A stretch of DNA of 64,000 bases. It comes from Elusimicrobiota bacterium (lineage in GTDB: Bacteria > Elusimicrobiota > Elusimicrobia > F11). The DNA is taken from contig JBGAON010000005.1 of assembly GCA_044221725.1 (NCBI GenBank), positions 224,001-288,000 on the forward strand. The letters run 5' to 3'. Positions 1 through 15,000 of this stretch are shown here, one piece after another. Each line of letters begins with the position of its first letter. The stretch's first letter is position 1. The notes under the pieces are model-generated. The model made no database searches. It worked only from the letters and a program-made list of their open reading frames with translations, and was not told the origin of the DNA. The position numbers and the translations under genes are program-made.

Positions 1-3000
1 TTGCTGCACCGCACGGTGGATTGGAGCTCGACCGGCACCAACGCCGATGGTTTACTTTTTGGTTTTCGCAAAACAGAAGTCGAGTTGGACGAAAATGGAA
101 ACCCCGTTCCACGCCGCACGACCGTAACCGACCGAAGCAATCTTCATTACACGACGGGCGGCCAAGAAGCGGGATATCACGAAGAGACCGATCAAGTGTG
201 GCAGGACGGTTCGCGAACGTTCTCAGCGCTCGACCGAACCGGTGAAAGCTACAACGCGCTCGGGCAATTGCGTGCGTGGAACGAGAGCGGCCACACGATC
301 ACGTATCAAGGTTCGGCCGTTTTGCGCGACAACGTTGTCGCCACGAACTGGACGGCCGGTGACGCGAACGGCGTCGGTGCGTACGCGCAGAACGGACGCC
401 TCGCACGGTATCACCAAGAAGTGTCGAACACGTCGCTCCGCGAAACGCTGCAGACAACCGAAACCACCGATTGGCAGGCGATCAACTTTAATCTTAAAGG
501 GTGGGTTACCGAATATAACCAGACGGTTCAACGTTCCGGCATGAGCGATGAAGTGTTGGGGCTTCCGTCCGAATGGGATTTGCTGACGGCGCTCCAGCGC
601 GCCGAATGGCTTTCAAGTTTCAATTTTGTTTTGCCCGATGGCTCGATCGTTCCCTGGAACAGTTTGCCGACGCTCGCGCGCGTCGATTTGGTGGCGACCG
701 GCCGCACGGACAAATTGGTTGCCGGACAAGTTATTCGTTTGAGCGATCTACAAATTGAGCGGCGCCTCGGCTCGCGCGTGGCCACGCACCGCTCGAACGT
801 GCAATTTAATAGCCAGGGTTTGGCGACCAGTTATCATGAAGATGTAAACGACAACGATCTCAGCACGAAGCGCGATTGGACCGGTGGTGATTTTGATGCG
901 CGCGGGCGCGCCGCCACGATCCACGAGGTGACCGTTGGCGTTTCGGGCGAGCGCACCATTTCCGATCGTGACCGCGTGCTCTACGACCTTCAAGCGCGTG
1001 TGATGGGCTACCACGAAATCACGACCACAAGCGCGAACGATATTCGGACAGACCAAGTTGTGTACATGCACTACGATGCTCTCGGCCGTTTGTCCGAGCA
1101 AGACCGATACGCTCACGAAGTGTCGCAGGATGGCGGCGGCATTGACCGATTTACGAACACACATCTTCGCGGAATCACTTACAACGGATTCGATCAGCAA
1201 GTGTCGAACACGCAAGTCCAATACGACATGAACGGCATCGTGATCGACGGTCAGTCGTACGGATGGGACAATCATTTTGTGGGCGGGCCCACGCTCACGG
1301 ACGAACAGCGCTATTTGATTTCGATCGGGCGCGCCATCTCGAACCAAGTGGTGAATGTCACATCGCTGCGCGGCATCAATTACGATTTGAATGGGCGCCA
1401 ATCCGGCTATGTGAGTTTTCAATTCCAGAGCGGCAAATTGCCGACGGGCCAAACGGCGGCGAACGGTTCGAGCATTTTGGAAACCGCCCAAGCGGTGGTG
1501 CGGTCGAACGCGCAATATTATGGGGCGAGCGGCATTCAACCGGGCGGACTCCTTTCCAGTTACCGCGAAATTTCGCGCAACACCGTTGCGCAACTTCAAA
1601 CGATCACGCAAACGAACGGTATCCAATACAACGATGCCGGTCAGCGGGCGAGCTTTGCCACGCAGACGCAACTGAAGAACGACATTCCGGGCCAAGAAGT
1701 GGACCGCACCGTTTCGTCGTTCCGCGGCAACATCGAATACAACAAGGCAGGTTTGCAAACCTCAGCGATCGACAATTCCATCGAAAACGATTTGCGCACG
1801 ACAAACGTCACGCAGACGTTGCGGTACGATGCGCGCGGCCGCGCGCTCGAAACACGCACGACCACGATCACCGAGGGCAGCGCAACAACCGATGCTTACA
1901 TGATCGCCGGTCGCGAAATGGATCCGCTCGAACTCGCGCAGTTGCTGGAGATGAATCCGGGTTCGTCGGTAGCGGACTTGGTCGCGCTCGGTATCATCCA
2001 AATTCAAAACAATGTGCCGCATCGCGTCAGCGAAATGTCGACGAACCATCGCGTCGGCATTCAATACGACAATTTGGATCGTCAGGTTGATTACACCGAG
2101 GAAACTCTGGCGCCGGGCAACGTGTTCACGCGCACGCATTTCTACGGGATCGGCTTTGATGATCACGGCCGGCAAACGACGTTCCGCACGCACACGCAGA
2201 CGAGCGGTCGCACGCTGCTGTATTTTGTGGCCGGCCAACAGGTGGCTCCGGACGCGCTTGCAAAATTGTTGATCGCACAAAACATCACGATTTGGGATGC
2301 GTTGGCGCAAGGACTCGTGACCACATCGTTCGCGACGAACCCGCTTACGGACCGAGCGGACACGTTTCGCACCGAGATGTCGTACGACACGAACGGAAAT
2401 CTCACCCATTATCGCGATACGATCACGGAAATACGCGGAGGCCTTGCCGAACAACGCACGAATATCGTTGATAGCACTTACAACCGTTTCAATAAGGTGG
2501 CAACGCAACGCACGCAGAGCCACACGACGCAGAACGTCGGTGGAACCGAAAACACGAGCGATAGCGACAATCTCATCACGTATTTCTACGACAACGGCGG
2601 AAACGTGCGCGGCGGCCAAGGTCATTCGGTGAATAGCACGTATGATCCGACGACACAAACGCGCACGACCTCCGAAAGCGACGATGTCTATACGATGATC
2701 GGTTCGCAAGCGCGCAATTCGGTTTCCACTATTTCAACGCGCACGCGAAACGGTGACGGCAGCGAAACGAATTCGCTCACAACGCGGGTAAACAATTACG
2801 ATCCGTTGGACGGCGCCGTCTTGTCGGCCTACGAAGTCGGTCAATCCGAAACCGTGGACGGCGTCACAAAATCGCGCACAACATCCATCACGCGGCAAAT
2901 TTCGACCGCGGTGAACGGCGAACTGAAAACCGCTCTGACGCTAAACAGCTCCCACACGGACAACGCCGATGCGTCAACGCGTGACGTGTTGTATGCGATT

Positions 3001-6000
3001 ACGTCGAACACTTACAACGCGAACGGATGGTTGACCGGCGCCCAGGGTTACGAAGAAGCGATTTCAAAAGATGGCAACGGCGGCGAGACGTTCAGCCAAG
3101 CGCACCAGACGTACGAGATTATCGGAGACCGTGCGCGATTGCTCGATGCGGACACCGATTCGATCACGCGATGGATTGATCACGCGAGCGAAGGACCGCA
3201 AACGATCAGCCACTCGCACAATCACTACACGAACAATCAGCGCACCGGCGTCGTCGAATCCGCGCTGGAGAACGTAACGTTCACAACGACCGAACCGCTG
3301 ATCACGACCGACGAAAACGGAAATGTTTTGGCGAGCGTGACACAAACAACCACCGGCACCACAACAAACCGTTACGACGACGTTTATTTCGGCCAAGCAA
3401 AACTCACGCGTTCGACGACCGTGTCCGATCTGACCCATCCGGACGGAACAACCACGCGCGACAACCGCGTCACGCATTACCATTACAACAGTCAAGGCCG
3501 GCTCACGAGCGCTGATGGAAGCGGCGATTCGTTGACAACCTCCTACACGGAAACCGGCGCGCTTTATAGCGAAGCGACGACATCCACCATCTATTCGTAC
3601 GAAGTGATCAACGATCAAGCGCGTTTGAAACAAACCGACGCGACGACGACCACGCAGAACAAAATGGCCGCCGACGGCACAAATTCCGTGCAAACCAATC
3701 GCGTCATCTACGACAACGACCGTTTGACCGGCCGCGTGCTCAGCGCGTCGGGCACCGGTACATTTACGAACAACGACTGGGGTGTGCTGAACACGAATCT
3801 AACGGGCGGCCAAACCGGCAGAGTGAGCACGACCACGGGCACATTGCTGCAGGAATATGTGCTGGTTCGCGGCGAAGCGAAACTGAAACGCAGTGTCTCG
3901 ACGGCAACGACCATTGCTTACGACGGCACGCGCACCAATGCGACAACAACGACCATCAATATTTATGACGCGTTGGGCCGATTGATTGGCGGTACGTCGG
4001 ACAGTCATTCGACAAACAATGAGTTCGATTATTCTTCTCCGAACACCGTCGTTAGTGAAACGGTTTCGGATAGCACGCAGCGCATGGTGGTCATTGCCGG
4101 AGAGCTGCGCGCGCTCTATAGCAACACGCACTCGCACACGGTTCCGAAGGCGACCAATGGCACAGCGCTCGGGTACACCGATCAAGACATCCGCGTGGAT
4201 TTCACGTACGACCCGAACACGGGCCGTGTGACCGGCGCGCACGGCGCGGGCCGCTCGCTTGGCATCGATTCGTTCGGCAACGTCACGGTTGGAACGATCG
4301 ATCAAAAATACACGGTGATCGCGAACCAAGCGCGCATGACCGAATCGCAAACCGTGAACGACACCGAAAACACCGACCTTTCGACAAATCATCAGGTTAC
4401 GCTCATCGTCAACACGTACGCAGCGAACGGTTTGTTACAAAGCTCGACGGGCAGCGGATTTTTCGTTTCGGACAACGGATTCGGCGACGCGTCGGAAGGG
4501 GATATTTCGCAGTCCTTCTTTATTATTGGGGGACAAGCGAAAATTGCGACGTCCACCACGAACACGTTTAGCACCGGTTCGGACGGTGGATCCAGCTCGC
4601 AAAGTTTGACCGTCAGTTACCGCTACGACGCGCTCGGTCGGCTCACGGGGGCCACCGGAAACGGCACCGTTGACTCGTTTGATGCGCAGGGGAACATCAC
4701 GACCGGCGTCATTCGCCAAACCTACGAGATCCTTTTAAATCAAGCGCGTCTCAAAACGTCGACGACCGACACGACGGTAACAGCGCCCGATGATGTGGTT
4801 ACGAACGAGTCGATTGTTGTCACGTACACGAACAGCACAGTGACCGGGCTTGTGACCGGCGCGACCGGCGCTGGTACGTTCCGCACGTTCGATCCAAACG
4901 CCAACACGACCGTGAACGGAACCGTGCGCCAATCCTATGTCGTGATTGCGGGCCAAGCAAAACTTTTGGATCAATACAGTCTCGCGAATGGCGTCACGTA
5001 CAACGCGGTCACGCAACAATTTGAAAACGTTCCGGCGGGGGCGCATACCGATAGCGTCACGCACAACGAATACGATGCGCGCGGCGTGTTGCTGAACTCG
5101 TTCTCGGTGTCGCGCCAAATTAATTCAGCGGGTGAAGTCACTTACTCACGTCAGAACGCCGTGTACGATACCGTGAACGGGCTCCGCACGGCGGGCCATT
5201 TGTACGGTTTGACCGAGCGCCGCGGCACGAACGACACGGTGATTGAGAGCACGTATTTTGATACCGAAGAAACGTATATTGCGTTGCCGCACATTTCATT
5301 GTTGGGGCAGGAAGTCACCGAAGCGCGCCGCGCGAGTTCGTTCACGCGCAGCGACACAACGAACATTGACGGTGGCGATCAACACTCCGAAATTCAGACG
5401 TTCTACGCGTACGATGATCAAGGCCGCCTGGTGGAAACAAACGCGAACGGCGAACGTACGTACGGTCAAGGGTTCACTGTCAGTCATTCGGGTTTTGATC
5501 CGAACGGAATTCCATACGATGAGGTGCGCACCGAGATCAATCAAACCTACGAAGTGGTGCGCATTGGAAACGGCGTCGCCAAACTAAAGACAAGCACGTC
5601 GGTTTCCGATACGTATCACTACGGATCAAATTCGGCGTCGGCCATTCCGGCTTGGGCCGCGCAGCAAGCGACGTTGCTTTTGCGCAGCGGAAAAAATTTG
5701 GGAGTGATGCCGTGGCTGGGACTTTCTGGCATCGATCAGAATACCGCGATTCTCGGCGACCGCGCTGGCACGACCAATCATCAAGAACTTTCGATTGTTT
5801 ACGTGAACGACAACCGCGCGCGTGTCGTGAGCGGCGACGGCATTGGGTTTTCAAAATCGGTGGATCGTTATGGCAATACCACGAACACGCGCCTCTACCA
5901 ATCCTACGTGGGCATTGCTAACCAAGCGCGGCTGCGCACGGCCACAAATATTTCCGACACGTTGAACACCGATTCGTCGACACAGCACCAGGAGCTCACA

Positions 6001-9000
6001 ACCTCGTACGAGTTGAACAACCGCACGGGCCGCATTTTGAATATTCAAGGAAATGGCACCTTCCGGTCGAGCGATGGCTTCGGCAATTTGACGTCGGGCA
6101 CGCTCACGCAGACGTACGTGCAAGCGTTCATTCGGCTTTATCAGTTGGCGCGTATGGAAACGTCGCTCAGTGAGAGCGACACGTCGAACCGCGACGGAAC
6201 AACCACGCACGCAAGCACGCTCACGACGAACACGTACAACGCCAACACGCGCCTCGTGCAAATTGATGGTAACGGAACATTCACCACGAACGATCACGGG
6301 AATTTGACAACCGGCGTCACTCGCCAGATTTACGACGACTTCCGAAATGGTGACGCAAACAATCTTCTTTTCTTAACGGGCCAAGCCCGCGTGCGGGTGC
6401 AATCAACACGTTCAACGACGGCCAACGTGGACCGCTCGACCGGATTTCAATACGTTGAACAGACGAATGCGCACGACACGTGGGACGCCTCCATAAAAAG
6501 CTCCGTCGGACAAGGGATCACGAACAGTTTCGACGGATATCGCGGCAACACGATTGGCCGCATCGATCAAACTTACGTGATTGTGAACGGTCAGGCGAAA
6601 TTGTCCGAGACAACGACCGAAACAACCACGGCCGACGCGACGGACATGGCGAGCGATGTTTTCAAGCCGATCGACACGGGCACGCTCGCGGCAGCGCGCT
6701 CACAGTTCGATTCACTTACGAACAAGAGCGATGATCCGACGGTGCTGGCGCACAAGAATTTGGACGGCACGTGGACGAACCAAACGATGAAGGTGACGTA
6801 TGCGTACGATGCGTTCGGCCGTCTGCTCGCGGCGTCCGGAATCGGTCAAACGCTGAGCGATGACGGCTACGGCGATGTGTCGCTCGGTATGACCGGCAAC
6901 CGCACGACGGGTACAATTCAGCAGATCTATCGCATCATCAACAACCAAGCGAAGCTCATCAACAGCATCACGGACAGCGTGACGCGCTACCACGATGGAT
7001 CCGTGAACGAACAGCATATGAACGTGGCGAGCACGTACGATGCGAACGGTGTTGTACGGGGATCTATCGGAAACGGCACGTATCGTTCGTCGGACAAATT
7101 CGGCAACGACACCCGCGGACGCATTACGCAATATTTTGACACCGACGTTTTGCGCCGTACGGGTCTCGCCAAAATTCGTGAAACAACGACCGACAGCCGA
7201 ACCGTGAACGTCGATGGTTCCACCGCCGAACAGTTCATGTCGGTCATTACAACCTACGATGCGGATGGCCGCATTTTGGACGGCGTTGATGCCGATGGGA
7301 ATTTTATTGGTGTTGTGGCAACCGGTCGTTCGCTAACGAACGACGGCTACGGCAATCTCACAAATTCGACGATCGCGCAGTATTACGACCGTCGGCTCAC
7401 GCTCGCGATTGGCGCCGCCAAGCTTTTGCATACGGTGACGCTCGGGCACGTCACGAACCGCGACGGATCCACCGCTGAATCGCGATCGGTCACAACCAAC
7501 GTCATGGATCAAACGTCGGGCAAGTTGCTCGACCTGCACGGCACCGCGCACATGGAAGGCGTGGACCTGTTTGCGAATCGCACGATCACCGACACCACGC
7601 AAGAATACGACGAGGAAGTGTTGCGCATCACGGGTCTCACACGTTTGGACACCGCGACGAATATCGTGCAGGCATTTAACAGGGATGGTTCGACCTCGTA
7701 CCAAACGTCGAATTCGCGGTTGGCGTGGGACAAGAATGGTTTGGCCGTGCTCGAAAATGGTGTTGGTAACAATGCCGTGACGAGTGGCGACAGCAAGACC
7801 GAATCGAACGACGGATATTCCAATTGGAATGGATCGACCGCGGTTCAAACTTACATCGTCGTGAACGGCCAGCACCGTGTGGTCGAAACCAATACGCGTT
7901 CGTTTACGCTGGCCGCGAACTTCAAACACGGCGATCCGCTGGTGCTCGGATTCAATATCGATAACACCCAGAACGTGTCGGATTCGCGTGTGACGAACAC
8001 CTATGACAGTCTCGGCCGCTTGATCGCAAGCGCGGGTTCGAGCGATGGCACAACGCTCGAACGTCGCACCGACGGCACCATCACGACCGACATTGTCACG
8101 AACAATCACACCGAGCAGATTTACACGGTCATGTTCGGTCAGCCGAAACTTTTCGAGCAACGTTCGCACACGTGGTCAACCTCGTTGGATTTGGTCCGGT
8201 CCGATCAAGAAATGACGATTCGCTACAGCTACGACGTAAACGGCATGTCGCTCGGTGGTGTCGGCGAAGGAATGTCGTCGACGTTTGATTCGTTCGGCAA
8301 CGCGACGTACGGGCGCACCGTGCAAACGCTGAGCCCAGTCCTCGGACAGGCCAAGGTTACGAACGTGCATAACGAAACAACGAGTGTGAACATTGATGGC
8401 TCGCGCGGTTTCCAAACGTCGGATGTCACGACCGAATTCGATGAGAACGGCCGTTACAAAAATGTTTACGGCGTCGGTTCGATTCGCAACGACGACGGTT
8501 ACGGCAATATTACGACCGGCACGACGCGCCAAATTTTCGATTTGAATTTGCTGGCCATGCATGGCCAGCAAAAAGTGCTGCAGAATATTTCGGACACGTT
8601 GCTCCAAAACAAAGATGGCGGCACAACGACCACGCATTCGGAGCAAACGAACACGTACGATGCGAACGGAATTTTGGTCGATGCGGCCGGTCTCATCACT
8701 TTCACGACGAACGATGGATTCGGAAATATTGTTGTCGGCGAGACGCGTCAACAATACGATCGCCGACTTTTGTTGGCCACGGGCCTTTTGCGCGTCGATC
8801 TTTCGACGACCCATTCAGTGGGTACCAATTTGGACGGCAGCACATCCGAACAAGTGAGCGTGACATCGTTCGCGTTCAACCGCCAAGGTTTTGCCGTGGT
8901 GGACGGCGGATTCTGGAGTCAGACACGCACGTACGGTGAATCCGCGTCGCGCTCGTCGGACAATTTCGGAAACGTCACGACGTCCGGCTCGTTTGCGCAG

Positions 9001-12000
9001 AATTCGAACGGCAATTGGGTTCTTACGTCGCCGGCCGAAAGTTATCAGACCTACGTGGTCATTGCGGGTCAAGCGCGCGTGCTCACATCGGTCAATACCA
9101 CACACACCGTCGATACGTGGGATCCGCCAAACGGGCCATCAAACACGCAGACCGTGACCGTTACAAACCAATACGACCTGCGGACGGGGCGATTGGTTGG
9201 CGCCAGCGGCATCGGCACGTTTACGTCGAACGATGGCAACAACAACATTACGACCGGCACGCTTCGTCAAACGTTTTTGATCGTGAACGGCCAAGCGAAG
9301 ATCAGCGTGAGCGACACCTTCACGAAAACCGCGAGCCTCGATGGTTCCTCAAACGAACAGCGCGTGGTTGTGTCGTACACCTACGACGATAACGGACTGC
9401 TTATTGCTGCGCACGGCGAAGGAAACGGCACCGCCAACGATGGCTTCTTCAACATGACGACCACGGTGATTGATCAATCGTACGCGGTGATCGCGGGGCA
9501 AGCGCGCGTGACCGAAACCGTAACGCGCTCGCTCACCAAAAACCGCGATGGTTCGACGAATTCCCAGATTGCGCGCGTGTTCAACCGCTATCAAAATTCG
9601 ACGGGCCTGTTGGCTGCGACCATTGGCTCCGCCACCTTTGTTTCGAACGACGGCTACAACAACATCACGACCGGCGACGTGCGCCAACTTTACGCGGTCA
9701 TCCGCAATCAATCGAGACTCACCGATACCTTCACCGTGTCAAACACGTTAAACCTGAACCGCTCGACGAATCACTCCGAGCAACACGTGAGCTATTTCTA
9801 CAACGACGTGAACGCGATCACAGGGCGTCTAACGGGACGCCTCACCGGCGCGTCGGGCGAAGGAACGTTTTTGTCGCAGGACCAGTTCGGAAACGTAACA
9901 AACGGCACCACGCTTCAAACCTATGTTGTGATCAATGGGCAGGCGAAAGTTCTTACGAACACGACCAATTCGGTCACGGCCAATTTGGACGGATCGAATT
10001 CCTCGCAGAATCTGGTCGTAACCAACACTTACGATCTCACAACCGGTTTGCTGAAGTCCGCGGCGGGCGTTGGCACAAACCGCGGCGACGATGGTTACGG
10101 CAACATCACGCTCGGCACAATGGCTCAAACGTTCGCGCTGATCGCGGGGCAAGCGAAGCTGACAGTGAACGCAACCAGTTCGAAAACAACGAACCACGAC
10201 GACAGCACGAACAGCCAATCCGTATCCGTATCCTATTATTATGATGAGAACGGCGTCCTACTCTCGGCGCGCGGCGCTGGCACGTCGCTCGCATTCGACG
10301 GGTTCAAAGGATACACGGCCGGCCGCGTCACCCAAACTTACCGCATTATTAATGGCCAAGCGGTCGTGGCTCAGTCGAATCAGCTTTCGTGGACGTCAAA
10401 CGCGAACGGCGATGGTTCGTACGACGATGCGTCTATCACAAACATCGACGGCTCGTGGGTGCGCTCGAGCAACGATACGTTGTTCGATTACAACGACCTC
10501 GGAGAGCTGATCGGCGCCACCGGGTCCGGCACGTCATTTTCGTTTGACGGCACGCTGAACTACACAGCGTCCACATTGAGTCAGATTTATCAAATCATTC
10601 GCGGCGGCGCGAAAGTTGTCGAAAGCATCAACACCAGTTGGTCGAGTGCGCTTTCTGATCTCGCTTCGTACGACGACCCTCATGGGCAAACCGACGGTAA
10701 CTGGACGCGTTCGATCAATCACACGTATTCAACTTACAACGGGTTTGGTCGTCTCACTTCCATGCGTGGCGACGGCATCGGTTTATCGTTTGATGGATTC
10801 AATTACAACGCGAACACGGTTGTTCAAACCTACGATCTCGATCTGCTAACGCGTTTGGGACTTCAGAAAGTCGCGACGACGGTCACGCGCAGCTTTAGCT
10901 CAAACAAAAATGGCGAAGGAAGTTACGCGCGACCGGTTTTGAATCCCGATCTTACCGGCGTGCGCCAAGAAAATACGGTGCGTTATTCATACGACCGCGA
11001 AAAAGGAAAATTGAACGGCGCGACCGCCGACGGCGTCTCGGAAAACTTCGATGATTTCGGAAACCGCACGAACGGAACAACAACCACGACGTATTTGCAG
11101 AGTGCAATCGACGAACTCGGCCAATTGAAAGTGGGCCAAACCGTGAGCAACTCGCTCACGACAAACCGCGACGGATCCACGGTTCAGCAGAACATGACGG
11201 TCGTTTACGCGTACGATGCCACGTTCCGACTCGCAAAAAACAATCCGGCCGTCGGAAACGGTTGGAGTCTTTCGAACGACGGTTACGGCAATTACGTCAA
11301 AGGTCTCATTGCGCAGGCTTACATCAATGTGCTCGGCCAAGCGAAACTTGCGACGACCACGACGAAATCTTTTACGTCAAACGCAAACGGTGACGGCACG
11401 TTCGAAGCGATTTTGACCGGCGCACCAGCCGTTACAAACGCGGACGGAAGTTTCACGTTTCAAACGTCGGTTACCGAAAACGAATACACGGCCGGCGGCC
11501 GCTTGGCGGCGGTGAACGGACGTTCCGCATCGCTTGCGAACGACGGAAACAACAATTGGACCGCGTCCGGTAAATTACGTCTTGTGGCCGGAGATTCGCT
11601 CGGCGATATTTTGGAAGCGGGTTCCGAACAAGAATACACGGTGATCAACAACCAAGCGAAACTCACGCGCACGCACAGTCGCACGTACACATCGGACGCG
11701 CGTATGAACGGCAGCTTCGGTTCGCCCGCACAAAATATTGATCGCTCCTGGACACGGCAAGATCTGACGGTCACTTACACGTACGATGCGAACGGTCTTG
11801 TGACCGGTGCGGCGGGTGTTGGAAAAGGATTAACCAACGACGGCTCGCGCGCGGATGGCACCGGCAATTATCAGGCCTCCTTCATCAACCAAAGCTACAC
11901 CGTTGTGAACGGACAAGCGCGTTTGCAAAAGAACGTAACCGAGTCGTTCACCTCGAATGCAAAAGGCGAAGGCAGCGCCGCTGATCCGGTGCCGGGCACC

Positions 12001-15000
12001 GACGATGCGTGGGTGTCGAACACGTCCACTGTGTTGTACGGCTACGACACGAACGGTCGATTAAATCAAGCGACCGGAACGAGCAAGGGTTTGTCGAACG
12101 ACGGAAGCGACCACTTCACCGCGAACAGCGGTGTCGATGATTATGTGATTCTCATTGGTCAAGCGCGTGTGGTGCGCAGCATCGTCGATAGTTTCACGTC
12201 CGACCGTTCCGGTAACGGCAGCGCCACGGTGCCGCTCAAAAATGCCGATGGAAGTTTCTCGCGCAATCACACAATCACGGACCGCAGCTACAACGCGCTC
12301 GGACAGCTCACGAATATTTCGGCGAACGGAAACTCGCTGCAAGACGATGGTATTGGTGACACAACCGAAAGCGACTTTGTGCAAATTTTTGAAGACCCAC
12401 GGCTTGTGGCCGGCCTGTCAAAAGTTCTGCAAGTGACCACGCATTCGGTCACGCGCAATTTGGATGGCAGCGTGAGCGAAAGCAACAACGTGCAGGCAAG
12501 TCTCTACACCGGTGATACCACCACGGTTCAAAACGGTGTGTTGACCGTTGCGCGCGCGCAAACCCGCAACGGCATTCTCGTTGACTCGATCGCGGTCGGG
12601 CGTTCGCTCTCGAACGACGGATACAACCGTTATTCGCTCTCAATCTCGGTGCAGGATTTTGATGAAGAGATTCAAAGTCGTTTGGGACTCACGAAAATCA
12701 AATCGAACCTTTCGCAAACGTTTTCGTCCGACGCGAACGGCGGCGGAAGTTACGCGGTAAACCCCGCGCCCGGACTCACGGGACCGATCGCGCTTGCGGA
12801 CGGCACCTGGAGCCGCCAACAACTGACGCTCAATTATGCGTATTCGGTTGGCGGGAAATTAAACGCGGCACAGGGCGTTGGAACGTCGGTTAACTTCGAC
12901 GGATTTGCTGGTTACACGGCGGCCACAATCACCCAAACCTATGTGATTCTGAGCGGCGAGACGAAAATCAGCAAGAACGTAACTGATTCGTTCACCGCAA
13001 ATTGGATTCAAAACCAAACCACCGGCGAATTCGAAGCAACCGGTTCGTTCAACGCCCCCGCGAAAAATGTTGATGACAGTTGGAACCGCGAACATCTCGA
13101 AGTGGATTACGATTATTACGATTCGGGCCGACTGAAGAACGCCGTGGGCTTTGGCACCACGTTGGCGGACGATGGATTTGGAAATTTAACAAAGGCCATC
13201 GTTACGCAAACGTTCGATCACGAAACGATTGTGCGGTTGGGGCGGGCGCTGCTGACCTCATCGCGCACACAAAGTTTTAACGTGTCAACGATCGGCGATG
13301 ATTTGAACACGACGATCACAATGAACAATTTTGTGCGCTGGAACGGATCGAGTTGGGTGGGTGCCAAAAACTCCGACGACACCTGGGGTTGGTCCGAGAC
13401 GTCGGTGACGAACACGTACGACAAACTGGGCCGACTGGTGGCGACGACCGGCAGCGGGCGTTCGCTCTCGACCGATGGCTTCAACAATTTCTCGGGCGGG
13501 CAGGTGGTTCAAGATTTCGTGATTCAAAATGGTCGAGCCCTTCTCGTTTTGTCGCACAACCGATCGTTCACGGCCACACTTCCCGATTTTTCGAACATTG
13601 CGCAATTTGACGGATCCTTCACGGATCCGAAGCGGGACGTGGACTTGTCGCGCAGCGTGCAGGAATTAAATGTTGAGCAACGGTACGATGCGGGCGGGAA
13701 ATTGGTTTACGTGCACGCGACCGGTTTTGGTCAAGGCGACGACGGTTTTGATAACACCACCAGCTCGAACATCGACCAAAGCTACAACCTGGATGCGCTC
13801 ACGAAATTTGGTCAAGTGAAAGTGAGCGATGTGGTAACGCTCACCGAAGCGCGCAACAAAGATCGTTCGACCTCGAGTTCGCGATCGGTAACATCGAACA
13901 CGCACAACGCACTCACCGGAAAACTCACGGGAGGCTCGTCGAGCTCGCACAGCGGGTCGAACGATGGTTCCGGCAACATCACGGTGAGCGACACGACCGA
14001 CACGATGGTGTTAACGTCGTTCGGCCAACTGAAACGCACGGCGTCGCACACGACGAGCACCACGATCGGCACCGACAATTCGAAAAACATGGACGACACG
14101 ACGCTCGCGTTCGCGTACACGCCCGGATGGAAACTCGAAACACAAAATTCAGCGGTTGGTGGGGGAACCTTCCGCAGCTACGTGTTGAACAACGGCCAAT
14201 ACGAGCTCACGGGTGTTGGATCAATCGTTCAAAAATACGACGCGCCTCACGGCCGTCTGAAGATTACGGTCTCAAACCGACTGACCGAATCGACGACCGG
14301 CGAAAAATCATCGCAGTTGGATCTCAACAATTTGCCGCAAGGACTCCGCGGTACCGTTTATTGGAATTCGTCGTCGCAGTTCATCGGCGGTGATTTCAAC
14401 GATCAAGTGAACGGTGATAGCTACATTGTTTATCAACAAGACGGCAGCTGGTACCTGAAATTTCTGCGCACGGGCGGCACGACGGCCGTGTTCGCGCTGG
14501 ATTCACAGATCGATGCGAACGGCGTGATCACGCTCAGCGTCACGAACTCGGATATCACGTTCATGCTGACGGGGGTCACAAACAATGGCACGGTGATTAA
14601 TCCGCGCTTAAACATTGAACGGCCCGACGTTCTCACAAACACGTATCAACTCGCGGGTGAAAATGCGCTCGATGTGTATCACGACAACGTGCGTTTCCGC
14701 GACGGGCTGCACGAGTTGGCGATTTCGCACAACGCGAGCGGCGGCATCGAAACGATTGGCTACTTGGACGCAACCGGCGTGAATTTCATTTTGCAGCGGC
14801 TCGGTGGAAACAGCGCGCATGTGGGGTATGTCGTGTGGAACCCGAACACGCAAGATTTTGACCGCATCGAATCGTTCGGTACGTTTGATGACGCTACGCT
14901 CACGTTCACCTCGGCGAACGGGGATTCGATCAAGCTCGCCCAAACGGCTGCCGACAAATTTGAAATCGATGTGGTGCTTGCGGGTTTTGGAGCGACGCCC

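Noticed and set aside
1..3. TTG as the start codon of the giant gene
   Set aside because: It is the window edge. The sequence begins mid-repeat with no signal peptide.
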